NCBI GenBank assembly: GCA_963845515.1 | Contig: CAWJSR010000050.1 | Span: 32,001-96,000, forward strand | DNA from: an uncultured delta proteobacterium | GTDB taxonomy: Bacteria; Myxococcota; Myxococcia; Myxococcales; Anaeromyxobacteraceae | Direction of reading: 5' to 3' | DNA: 64,000 bases | Part shown: in pieces, positions 14,939 to 22,987 of the stretch | Layout: each line of letters opens with the position of its first letter | How positions within the stretch are numbered: position 1 is the stretch's first letter | The notes under the pieces: generated by a model | What the model was told of the DNA's origin: nothing | Seen by the model: the letters and a program-made list of their open reading frames with translations, nothing else | Databases searched by the model: none | Program-made: the position numbers and the translations under genes

Positions 14939-16057
14939 TCATCCGTCCAACCCGTTCCCTGGGCTCTGCCGTGGCTCTGAGCCCTGAGGCGCCCGCGTCG
15001 GGCGTCCAGCGAGCGTGTAACGATCCATCCACGCATCGCCGAAGTGCTGCCGGGCGGCGAGGAGATTGTGCAGCTGGCAGAGCACCCTGACTCCGGCGAC
15101 GGTCGACTTCCCGCCGCGAGCGCGCGGGACGACGTGATCGAACTGGAGCCGGTGGGTCGAGCCGCAGATGCCGCCGCCGTCCAACGGCCACTGGCAGCAC
15201 CCACCATCGCGGACCCAGACCTCCCGCTTCACGGCCGCGGGGATCGCGCTCGAGTCACGCTCCTCTCCCTCCGGCCGAAGGCTGGGGGGAGAGGACTCAG
15301 GTGAGGGGGGCTTCACTGCCTTTGGCCTCGCGCAGATCCCCTTCCGCTTCGCTGCCCGCTCGATGAGGAGATCGAGCCCGGCCTCGAGGATCGCCTCGGC
15401 GTCTGCGCCCGGGAGGGAGTGAGAGAGCGCATCGCGAGCGGCGTCGAGCTTCGCCATGAACCGCTTCGAGACGGTGACGTGGAGCCTGCGCAGGTCGGCG
15501 GTGAGCGGCTCGGCGACGGCTTGCGGAGGCGCAGCGGCCGGCGGCGCGAGCGCGAGTTCTACTGGACGAACTTCTGCGCTCGTTTGCCGCACGGGGCTCG
15601 GCCGAGCGACAGGGGGGAGCGTGCGGGCGAGCGCCGGCAGCGCCGTCACCACCTCGCGCCGAGGCACGGCGACCTGGGGGCAGATCTCGGCCGCGACCGC
15701 CTTCGCCTCCTGCTTCGAGGCGTGGAAGAAGCGCGGCAGCACCTCGGTCCGGTTCCCCGGCGTGATCACCTTCGCCAGCTCGACGATGCTCGTGATGCAC
15801 AGACGCCCATCGCGCAGCGGCTCGACCACCTCGGGGAAGCGCTGGATGAGCTCCGCCGCCGTCTTGCGGAAGTGGCTCGCCCCCTTCGACAGGCCGAGCT
15901 CCCGGTGCAGGAAGGTGAAGAGGCTGGAATGGCCCAGCTTCAGCCACAGGCGGCGGTCGTCGAAGCCGGCAAGGGCGACGAGGAAGTCGGCCATCGCGCC
16001 CTGCTCGCGACGGAGGAGACGGTGGAGGTGGGCGGCGAACTCTCGGGCGTTGTCCAT
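14939..16057 (-). CDS. HNH endonuclease-domain protein with a long helical N-terminus (DUF222/REP13E12-like architecture)
   Basis: C-terminal IPAAVKREVWVRDGGCCQW...CGSTHRLQFDHVVPRARGGKSTVAGVRVLCQLHN; N-terminal LGHSSLFTFLHRELGLS. Confidence 0.88.
   Translation of the reverse strand: MDNAREFAAHLHRLLRREQGAMADFLVALAGFDDRRLWLKLGHSSLFTFLHRELGLSKGASHFRKTAAELIQRFPEVVEPLRDGRLCITSIVELAKVITPGNRTEVLPRFFHASKQEAKAVAAEICPQVAVPRREVVTALPALARTLPPVARPSPVRQTSAEVRPVELALAPPAAAPPQAVAEPLTADLRRLHVTVSKRFMAKLDAARDALSHSLPGADAEAILEAGLDLLIERAAKRKGICARPKAVKPPSPESSPPSLRPEGEERDSSAIPAAVKREVWVRDGGCCQWPLDGGGICGSTHRLQFDHVVPRARGGKSTVAGVRVLCQLHNLLAARQHFGDAWMDRYTLAGRPTRAPQGSEPRQSPGNGLDG
15261..15310. repeat. REP-like palindrome inside the HNH coding sequence
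   Basis: TCCTCTCCCTCCGGCC-gaa-GGCTGGGGGGAGAGGA followed by CTCAGGTGAGGGGGG. Confidence 0.8.
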
Positions 16058-16512
16058 GCACTCATGGTCTCACGCGTTTTCGACCCTTCCTGAAACGCAC
16101 GCATTCGACGACTGGACCGAGCTCTCGGCAGGGAGCTTCTTCCTCCGCAGCCGAGCCTCCGCGCGAGCCGGAAGGCGAAGCGAAGAGGGCTCACGCGGGC
16201 TCTGGGGCGACCCGGCGCGGCGAGCAACGATCCAGGCGGGATCGCGTCAATGCCTTTCCTCACCGTGAACCCATCTGGGACGCGTCCTTGCGCGCGCGTT
16301 GCCCGCCGCCTCGATGCGGTGACCACCGTCGAACGGCGGTGCACGACCGAAGACGACGGACATCGAGGTCGCGGCCGCCCACTCCCGCGTCGTTGCCGCT
16401 TCGAGCGCGATGACGCTGCCGCGTCGCGGGACCCGACAACGCCGCCTGCGCCTTGCTCGGGGACGTTCCCGCGACGTCCGCCTGAAAAAAGACTAATGGT
16501 CAGCGACGAATT

Positions 16513-16536
16513 TGGGGGAGAGGCTGGGTGAGGGGG
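16513..16536. repeat. Half REP-like element
   Basis: GGGGGAGAGGCTGGGTGAGGGGG, the right half of the family consensus only. Confidence 0.6.
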
Positions 16537-16573
16537 CAAGCCCATCCCCCCCGGCCGTTCACCGGCCCCCGGC

Positions 16574-16783
16574 TCACGACCGGCCAGCCTTCTCGATCAC
16601 GTCCGCGTCGACCAGGTCCTGCGGCCGGCCGCTCGCGCGCTTGTTGGCGAGGAGGTGCGTCCTGCCGATCACCGGCAGCGGCTGGCCGCCGTACTCCGTC
16701 ACGAGCCGCGCAGGCCAGGCCTCCGCGAACTCCACGCCGTCTATGGAGGTGAGCAGGTCGATCCGGTTCGGTGGCAGCCCCAT
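16574..16783 (-). pseudogene. C-terminal fragment of a nucleotidyltransferase-fold (DUF6036/AbiEii-like) protein
   Basis: MGLPPNRIDLLTSIDGVEFAEAW...LPVIGRTHLLANKRASGRPQDLVD. The N-terminal GGYA/DxD part is absent. Confidence 0.75.
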
Positions 16784-16888
16784 CGATTCCGTGGTTCGGA
16801 GCCAACGGGCGCGACCAGCGACCTCGGCGAGCATCCGGACGATGTCGGTCTCGATCTTCGCGCGAGGTTGCGGCGCATCGCCCTCGGG

Positions 16889-17194
16889 TCAGATCCCCCG
16901 GGAAGGACGGGCGTCGCTCCGCGGTGCGACCGAACGTGGCCGACCTGCACGTGGGCGCGCAGCCAGGCGCTTCGCCTCCCGAAACAGGCTCGCGACCGTC
17001 ACGCCGAGGGCGTCCGCGATCGCGACTACCGCCGGGATTGAGCAAGCCGATCCCGCCTCCAACCGCTGCACCGACCTGGGTTCCAACCCGACGACCTCCG
17101 CAAGCCGGGCCTGGGTCATGCGTCGTCGTGTCCGTGCGCGGCGTACGTTAGCGCCGAGATGACGCCGGACCTGAGAGACGCGTTCGCTTCGCAC
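16889..17194 (-). CDS. XRE-family HTH transcriptional regulator
   Basis: LGANVRRARTRRRMTQARLAEVVGLEPRSVQRLEAG...VVAIADALGVTVASLF; C-terminal RAGRPR tail. Confidence 0.88.
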   Translation of the reverse strand: MRSERVSQVRRHLGANVRRARTRRRMTQARLAEVVGLEPRSVQRLEAGSACSIPAVVAIADALGVTVASLFREAKRLAARPRAGRPRSVAPRSDARPSRGI

Positions 17195-17225
17195 CGACCC
17201 GAGCGTGTCGCGGATCGTTTCGGAC

Positions 17226-17250
17226 TAATACGACGTGGTGTGTCGTGTTA
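17226..17250. promoter_or_regulatory. Putative operator (inverted repeat) between the divergent XRE and beta-barrel genes
   Basis: TAATACGAC-N7-GTCGTGTTA (8/9 inverted match). Confidence 0.55.
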
Positions 17251-17320
17251 CGCTGCACCTGGGTTCGGCAACCGCGGTGCATCACCAGCAGTGCGGACGC
17301 CGAGTGAAAGGGGTATCACC

Positions 17321-17935
17321 ATGACAATTACTGGACGGCTGGCGGCGCTTTCCCTGATCGCGGCGCCGCTGTGCGCCAACGCACAGGAGATGGCGGAATC
17401 GGGGAAGGCGTACCTCGCAGTGAAACTGGGCGCCGTCTTCCCAAAGCATGAGGACCTGAAGGGCTTCGACAACGGATTCGCCCTGGAAGCCGCCGCGGGA
17501 TACCGCGCCAACGAGAACCTGGCACTGGAGGTGTCGGTCGGTCGCTTCAGCATCAGCCGATCAGGCACCTACTACGATGCGTACTACGGCGTCTTTTACA
17601 CGGAGACCGTGGACGACACCGCGATCCCGATCATGGTGACCGCGAAGGCCATTTTCCAGGTCGAGAAGCTCGAGCTCTACGGGCTCGCAGGCGGTGGCCT
17701 GTACCTGATTTCGTCGCATGTCGAGGACAAGGCGGCGGGCTACGCGCCGTTCACCGCCTCCGACTCGAGCAGCGCGTTCGGCTTCCACATCGGAGCGGGG
17801 GCGTCTCTGAGATTCTCCCCGCGGGCATCCATTGGGGCCGAAGCGAAGTACGCTATCGGAACGGTCAACATCTGGGACGTCGACCAACACTTCGACAGCA
17901 TCATTGTCGCGGGCACGCTGACGTACTCACCGTGA
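17321..17935 (+). CDS. Small outer-membrane beta-barrel protein (OmpW/OmpA-like)
   Basis: Signal peptide ending ANA-QE; alternating strands YLAVKLG, LEAAAGY, YGLAGGGLY, FGFHIGAG, IGAEAKY; RBS GAAAGGG. Confidence 0.8.
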   Translation: MTITGRLAALSLIAAPLCANAQEMAESGKAYLAVKLGAVFPKHEDLKGFDNGFALEAAAGYRANENLALEVSVGRFSISRSGTYYDAYYGVFYTETVDDTAIPIMVTAKAIFQVEKLELYGLAGGGLYLISSHVEDKAAGYAPFTASDSSSAFGFHIGAGASLRFSPRASIGAEAKYAIGTVNIWDVDQHFDSIIVAGTLTYSP

Positions 17936-17975
17936 GTCCCACTGCCGAGCAGGCGAGGCGCCGTGCCCGCGACCA

Positions 17976-18007
17976 CCGTGGGTATCGCGCCCCGCTCGAT
18001 CGGCGAT
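17976..18007 (+). repeat. 32-bp direct repeat, copy 1
   Basis: CCGTGGGTATCGCGCCCCGCTCGATCGGCGAT; 31/32 identical to 18761-18792. Confidence 0.9.
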
Positions 18008-18037
18008 GTGGCGGCGGGACCGCCTGGGTCTGGCCGT

Positions 18038-18676
18038 CTACTTCTTCACGAGCCCGTCGGCTGCGAGCCGGGCGGCCGCCTCGCTGGCGAGCGAGTACAT
18101 CAGCGTGTCCCAGCGCGCGAAGGCGTTCCCGCGGGTCAGCGACGTGCCCAGCCAGGCCGTGCTGCCCGTGGCAACGTCCACGAGCCTCACCTCGAACCGC
18201 ACGCGGGGCTTGTTGATGTAGTAGCCCGGGTTCTGCCGGGTAGTCGCCGTCCAGTTCACGGTGCCCGTCGTGGTCCCGCCGTGGCTGGTGGCCGTCCCGT
18301 AGCCCGTGCCGGTGGTCGTTGTGCTGCCCGGCACGTACGTCGAGAACACGGAGGCGTCGGTCAACGTAACGAACAGCACGCCGTTCGCGCCGGACGCCTG
18401 CAGCGCGGCGTTGATGTCCTCGTTCGAGTAATCCCGCGTCGGGGGCAGGACCGTCATCGCCGGCATGGCCTGCGCCCCGCGCGCCTGTAGGGCGGCGACG
18501 AAGCTGTTCTCCGCGTTGGCCTTCTTCTCTAAGTCGGTGAACGGCGCCACGACGACGATGCGCCGGAACGCCCTGCTCTGGAACGCCGGGTCGCGCACCG
18601 AGGTCATGGAGGTGATGGCACAGCCCGCGAGAAGCACGAGCGCAATCACTACCGCCCATGGTCCCATCGTCTTCAT
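18038..18676 (-). CDS. Hypothetical lipoprotein
   Basis: Lipobox LLAG-C after a hydrophobic stretch; Thr/Gly-rich insert; RBS GGGAGG. Confidence 0.8.
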   Translation of the reverse strand: MKTMGPWAVVIALVLLAGCAITSMTSVRDPAFQSRAFRRIVVVAPFTDLEKKANAENSFVAALQARGAQAMPAMTVLPPTRDYSNEDINAALQASGANGVLFVTLTDASVFSTYVPGSTTTTGTGYGTATSHGGTTTGTVNWTATTRQNPGYYINKPRVRFEVRLVDVATGSTAWLGTSLTRGNAFARWDTLMYSLASEAAARLAADGLVKK

Positions 18677-18760
18677 GGGGACCTCCCATTTTGCGCCAAG
18701 TGTAGACCTCTCGGCGCGCCCGCCGGAAGCCCACGAGCTAGAAGGCGGAGCGCGGCCGCC

Positions 18761-18812
18761 CCGTGGGTATCGCGCCCCGCTCGACCGGCGATTCGGTGTG
18801 GCCGGTCACGTC
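18761..18812 (+). repeat. Direct repeat copy 2, extending into a degenerate copy of the tlyA 3' region
   Basis: 18761-18792 matches 17976-18007; 18777-18812 matches tlyA 19324-19359 at 29/36 nt. Confidence 0.85.
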
Positions 18813-18817
18813 TGATC

Positions 18818-19001
18818 TCAGCGTGAGGGGGTCCCGCCCGAGCGTTCGATGGCGTCCGCGTCGACGAGATCCTGCGGCCGTCCGCTGGTGAAGCGCGGGG
18901 CCGCGTGAAACCGCGAGCGCGTAACCGCCGACGAGCAGGTACTCAGCGCCCGCGCCGTTCAAGGCGGCAAACAGATCTTTGAAGTCCGGATTGACCGGCA
19001 T
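18818..19001 (-). pseudogene. Nucleotidyltransferase-fold pseudogene (frameshift plus large internal deletion)
   Basis: MPVNPDFKDLFAALNGAGAEYLLVGGYALA, +1 shift, FHAAPRFT fused directly to SGRPQDLVDADAIER. Confidence 0.8.
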
Positions 19002-19164
19002 CGGGCTCCCGCCAGGCCTGGTATTCGAGCACCAGCTCCCACACCATCTCGAGCCGCCGCGCCGGTGGAACGGTGGCCCAGAACTCCCGGTCGAACTCAC
19101 CGTCGTCATCGTGGAGACCGACGATGCGGCTCGTCCCGTGGCTCCTGGCGTCGCGCGCGCTCAC
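18943..19164 (-). CDS. Small hypothetical protein overlapping the nucleotidyltransferase start (putative partner/antitoxin)
   Basis: 73 aa, DREFWATVPPARRLEMVWEL...LQRSVCRLERR; TATGAT 6 nt before the GTG. Confidence 0.65.
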   Translation of the reverse strand: MSARDARSHGTSRIVGLHDDDGEFDREFWATVPPARRLEMVWELVLEYQAWREPDAGQSGLQRSVCRLERRGR

Positions 19165-19212
19165 TCTTGCATCATATATCGGCCTATGCAGCGGGCGGGC
19201 GCCCCACCCCCG

Positions 19213-19268
19213 GCTTCACTAAATCGCACTGCTTTACGCCAGCGTGAAGCTTGGGTGTTTAGTGAAGC
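19213..19268. repeat. Nested inverted repeat at the tlyA/accessory-region junction
   Basis: GCTTCACTAAA (19213-23) / TTTAGTGAAGC (19258-68), perfect 11 bp; inner GCTTTACGC / GCGTGAAGC. Confidence 0.8.
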
Positions 19269-19278
19269 AGGCGCCTGC

Positions 19279-20019
19279 CTACCGCAACCTCAACCCCAGC
19301 AGCCACTCCCGGTTCCCCGCCGGCCCCTCGATCGGCGACTCGGCGTGGCCGAGCACCTCGAAGCCGAGCCCCACCGCAAACGCGGCCACCGCGTCGAGGG
19401 CAGCGCGGCGCTTGGCGTCGTCGCGGACGACGCCCCCCTTGCCGACCTCCCCCTTCCCTACCTCGAACTGGGGCTTCACGAGGAGGGCCGCCTGCCCGCC
19501 CGGCTTCAGGATGGCCTTGACGGCCGGGAGGATGAGCTTGAGCGAGATGAAGGACAGGTCCCCGACGACGACGTCGACCTGCTCGCCGAGGGCTTCGGCG
19601 GTCAGGTTGCGGGCGTTCTCGCGCTCGCGGACCACTACGCGCGGGTCGCTGCGCAGCTTCGCGTGGAGCTGGCCGTAGCCGACGTCCACCGCGTAGACCT
19701 TCACTGCGCCGCGCTGCAGCAGCAGGTCGGTGAAGCCACCGGTCGACGCGCCGAGGTCGGCGCAGGTCTTGCCGGCGGGCTCGATCGGGAACACCTCCAG
19801 CGCCTTCTCGAGCTTGAGCGCGCCGCGGGAGACGTACTTCTGCGGCGCCGAGTCCTCCTTGAGCCTGAGCTCGACGGCCGGATCCACGAGCTGACCAGGC
19901 TTGTCGATCCGCGTCTCGCCGGCGACGACCGCGCCGGCCATCACCAGCGCCTGCGCCCGCGTGCGGGAGTCGGCGAGTCCGCGCTCGACGAGGAGAAGAT
20001 CGATCCGCTGGCGCTTCAA
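19279..20019 (-). CDS. tlyA: TlyA-family rRNA 2'-O-methyltransferase
   Basis: TTG start; RIDLLLVERGL S4 domain, YVSRGALKL, DLGASTGGFTD, DLSFISL, LVKPQFE, SPIEGPAGNREW. Confidence 0.96.
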   Translation of the reverse strand: MKRQRIDLLLVERGLADSRTRAQALVMAGAVVAGETRIDKPGQLVDPAVELRLKEDSAPQKYVSRGALKLEKALEVFPIEPAGKTCADLGASTGGFTDLLLQRGAVKVYAVDVGYGQLHAKLRSDPRVVVRERENARNLTAEALGEQVDVVVGDLSFISLKLILPAVKAILKPGGQAALLVKPQFEVGKGEVGKGGVVRDDAKRRAALDAVAAFAVGLGFEVLGHAESPIEGPAGNREWLLGLRLR

Positions 20020-20026
20020 GGCCCGC

Positions 20027-20066
20027 TCCCTCACCCTGCCCTCTCCCCCGGTGGGGGAGAGGGGGA
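20027..20066. repeat. REP-like palindrome between dxs and tlyA
   Basis: CCCTCACCCTGCCCTCTCCCCC-ggt-GGGGGAGAGGG. Confidence 0.85.
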
Positions 20067-20069
20067 ATC

Positions 20070-21977
20070 CTACGCCGCCCCGAGCGCCCGCTTCACCTTG
20101 GCCAGCTCGCGGCAGGCGAGGACGATGCCCGGTGAGTCGAGGCCGCACTCGGTCCGCTGGCGGGACTGGTCGGCGTGCTCGATGAACCGGTCTGGGATGC
20201 CGAGCCGGCGCGTCTGGAGCCCTGCGGCGAGCAGGCCGCGCGCCTCTAACGCCTCCAGGCAGGCCGAGCCGAAGCCGCCCTGCAGCGCGTTCTCCTCGAT
20301 CGTCACCACGCGGCCGATCCGGGCCGCGGCGTCGCAGATGAGCTCCTCGTCGAGCGGCTTCACGAAGCGCGCGTCGATCACCTCGACGGCGATCCCCTCC
20401 TTCGCGAGCTCGTCGGCTGCGGACAGCGCGGGCCGGAGCACCGTCCCCGCTGCCACCAGGAGCACCTCGGGGCTGGGACCACCGGGGCGCGCCACCCGCC
20501 CCTTGCCGAGCTGGAGCGGCTGCGGCTGGGCGTCGAGCCTCACCCCCTCCCCGGCGCCGCGCGGGAAGCGGAGCGCGCAGGGGCCGTCGTGCTGGAGGGC
20601 GGTGCGGAGCATCCGCCGGAGCTCGTTCTCGTCAGACGGCGCCATCACCACGAGGTTGGGGACGCACCGGAGGAAGGACAGGTCGAGCACGCCGTGGTGC
20701 GTCTTGCCGTCCGCGCCGACGAGGCCACCGCGGTCGAGGACGAAGGTGACCGGCAGGTGCTGGAGCGCCACGTCGTGGACCAGCTGGTCGTACGCGCGCT
20801 GCATGAAGCCGGAGTAGATGGCGACCACCGGCCGGATCCCGTCGCAGGCGAGCCCTGCGGCGAAGGTGACGGCGTGCGGCTCGGCGATCCCGACGTCGTA
20901 CGTCCGGTCTGGGAACCGCTCCTTGCAGCGGATCAGGCCGGTCCCCTCGAGCATCGCCGCGGTGATGGCGACGACCTTGTCGTCCCGCTCCATCTCCTCG
21001 CAGAGCGCCTCGGCGAAGAGGTCCGTCCAGGATCTGGACGGCCTCTTCTTCGGTTCGCCGGTGGCGACGTCGAAGAACGAGAGCCCGTGCCCCCGGGTCG
21101 CCGCGTCCGCCTCGGCCGCGTGGTAGCCCTTCCCCTTCTGCGTCATCACGTGGAAGAGGACCGGCCCGCCGAACTGCGCCAGCTTCTGGAAGGTGTCGAC
21201 GAGCGCGACGACGTCGTGCCCATCGACCGGCCCGACGTAGTTGAAGCCCAGCCCCTCGAAGAGCACGCCCGGCGTCACGAGCGCCTTGGCCGCCGTGATG
21301 CCGTGCCGGATGGCGTCGATCGCCTCCGCGCCCCTGGGGACCTTCCCGAGGAACTCCTTCACCTGCTTGCGCCACCGGTTGTAGGTGCGCGAGGTGAACT
21401 TCTTGGAGAGCCACTCGCTCATCGCGCCGACGTTGGGCGAGATGGACATCTCGTTGTCGTTCAGGACGACGATCAGGTCCCGCTTGAGGTAGCCGGCCTG
21501 GTTGAGCCCCTCGAAGGCCTCGCCGCCGGTCATCGCGCCGTCGCCGATCAGCGCCACGACCTTGCCTGGCGCGTCGTTGAGCCGCTTGGCCTCGGCGAAG
21601 CCCAGCGCCGCGGAGATGGACGTGCTGGCGTGGCCGACGCCGAAGGCGTCGTGCGGCGACTCGGCCCGCTCCGGGAACCCTGCGAGGCCGCCCTCGGTCC
21701 TGATGCTGCGGAAGCGGTCGCGCCGCCCGGTGAGCAGCTTGTGGGCGTAGGCCTGGTGTCCGACGTCCCAGACCAGCTTGTCCTCCGGCGACGAGAACAC
21801 GTAGTGCATCGCCACGATGATCTCGACGGCGCCGAGCGAGCTGCCGAGGTGACCGCCGTTCCGCGCGCAGACCCCGACGATCTCGTCGCGGAGCTCGGCG
21901 CACAGCCTGGGAAGCTCCTCAACCGGGAGGCGCTTGAGGTCGTCGGGGGAGTCGATCTTGTCGAGGAGGCGGCTCAT
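20070..21977 (-). CDS. dxs: 1-deoxy-D-xylulose-5-phosphate synthase
   Basis: GGHLGSSLG, WDVGHQAYAHK, GDGAMTGG...LNDNEMSIS, DVGIAEPH, DRGGLVGADGKTH. Confidence 0.98.
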   Translation of the reverse strand: MSRLLDKIDSPDDLKRLPVEELPRLCAELRDEIVGVCARNGGHLGSSLGAVEIIVAMHYVFSSPEDKLVWDVGHQAYAHKLLTGRRDRFRSIRTEGGLAGFPERAESPHDAFGVGHASTSISAALGFAEAKRLNDAPGKVVALIGDGAMTGGEAFEGLNQAGYLKRDLIVVLNDNEMSISPNVGAMSEWLSKKFTSRTYNRWRKQVKEFLGKVPRGAEAIDAIRHGITAAKALVTPGVLFEGLGFNYVGPVDGHDVVALVDTFQKLAQFGGPVLFHVMTQKGKGYHAAEADAATRGHGLSFFDVATGEPKKRPSRSWTDLFAEALCEEMERDDKVVAITAAMLEGTGLIRCKERFPDRTYDVGIAEPHAVTFAAGLACDGIRPVVAIYSGFMQRAYDQLVHDVALQHLPVTFVLDRGGLVGADGKTHHGVLDLSFLRCVPNLVVMAPSDENELRRMLRTALQHDGPCALRFPRGAGEGVRLDAQPQPLQLGKGRVARPGGPSPEVLLVAAGTVLRPALSAADELAKEGIAVEVIDARFVKPLDEELICDAAARIGRVVTIEENALQGGFGSACLEALEARGLLAAGLQTRRLGIPDRFIEHADQSRQRTECGLDSPGIVLACRELAKVKRALGAA

Positions 21978-22028
21978 CGTTCGGTCCATTCTAGTCTCGT
22001 CGCGCCCCGGCGGAGCAGGTCGGTCGGC

Positions 22029-22913
22029 CTACTTCTTCCGGGCGAGGATGTAGCTGGAGAGCGCTCGCAGCGGCGCCGCCTTCTCGCCGAGCGGCGCCAC
22101 TGCCTCGAGCGCCCGGCCGAGGAGCGCGCCGGCACGACGGCGGGACTCGTCGACGCCCACGATCGCCGGGATCGTCGACTTCCCCTGGGCGACGTCCTTC
22201 CCCGGAGTCTTCCCCAGCGTGGCGGCGTCCGCGGTGAGGTCGAGGAGGTCGTCCGCGATCTGGAACGCGAGGCCGAGGTCGAGGCCGATCGGATAGACCT
22301 CCTCGGCGCTGGCGCCGGCGCACAGCGCCCCGCCCGCCACCGACGCAGCCAGGAGGGCGCCGGTCTTGGCGCGCATCAGCTCGATCACCGCCGCCTCGTC
22401 GAGCCGCGCGTTGTTGCCGGCCATGTCGCGGGCCTGCCCCTCGACCATGAGCCAGGCGTTCTCGGCGAGGAGCCTCCCGAGCGGCGCCGCCCGGACGTCG
22501 TCGCAGGCGAGCAGGTGCTTGAAGGCGAGCGACTGGAGCCCATCTCCCACCAGGACCGCGGTGGCCTCGTCGAAGGCCTTGTGGACCGTCGGCCGCCCGC
22601 GCCGAAGGTCGTCGTCGTCCATGCTCGGCAGGTCGTCGTGGACGAGCGAGTAGGTGTGGACGCACTCCATGGCCACCGCGAAGCGCATCGCCAGCGAGCC
22701 GTCCGAGACGTCGCCGCCCCAGGCCTCGCAAGCCGCCAGGACGAGCGCCGGACGCATCCGCTTCCCGCCGCCCATGAGCGCGTACCGCGTCGCCGCGAGC
22801 AGCCGCGACGGACCGCGACCGAGCCGCTCGTCCGCCAGCTGGCCGAGCTGCACCTCGACCCGCTGGGCGACCGCCCGAAGGTAGGGCTCGACGGGAAAGT
22901 CCGATGGTTCCAC
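22029..22913 (-). CDS. ispA: Polyprenyl (farnesyl/geranyl) diphosphate synthase
   Basis: GGKRMRP, HTYSLVHDDLPSMDDDDLRRG, AFQIADDLLD. Confidence 0.93.
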   Translation of the reverse strand: MEPSDFPVEPYLRAVAQRVEVQLGQLADERLGRGPSRLLAATRYALMGGGKRMRPALVLAACEAWGGDVSDGSLAMRFAVAMECVHTYSLVHDDLPSMDDDDLRRGRPTVHKAFDEATAVLVGDGLQSLAFKHLLACDDVRAAPLGRLLAENAWLMVEGQARDMAGNNARLDEAAVIELMRAKTGALLAASVAGGALCAGASAEEVYPIGLDLGLAFQIADDLLDLTADAATLGKTPGKDVAQGKSTIPAIVGVDESRRRAGALLGRALEAVAPLGEKAAPLRALSSYILARKK

Positions 22914-22987
22914 GGCGGCCTCCTTCTAGCACCGCCGCCCCCCGGGTAACCAGAGGCTCGGGTGCCGGGCGGCGCGCCGGCGATGGC

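Noticed and set aside
14939..16057. IscB/Cas9-like RNA-guided nuclease
   Set aside because: No PLMP or split RuvC motifs; only a C-terminal HNH.
18738..19109. 123-aa ORF as a real protein
   Set aside because: A chimera of the frameshifted nucleotidyltransferase remnant and the tlyA-like repeat.
19213..19268. Integron attC site
   Set aside because: No RYYYAAC/GTTRRRY core ends and no integron integrase; kept only as an unexplained inverted repeat.
14650..19278. Prophage or intact IS element
   Set aside because: No phage structural genes, integrase or DDE/HUH transposase recognised.
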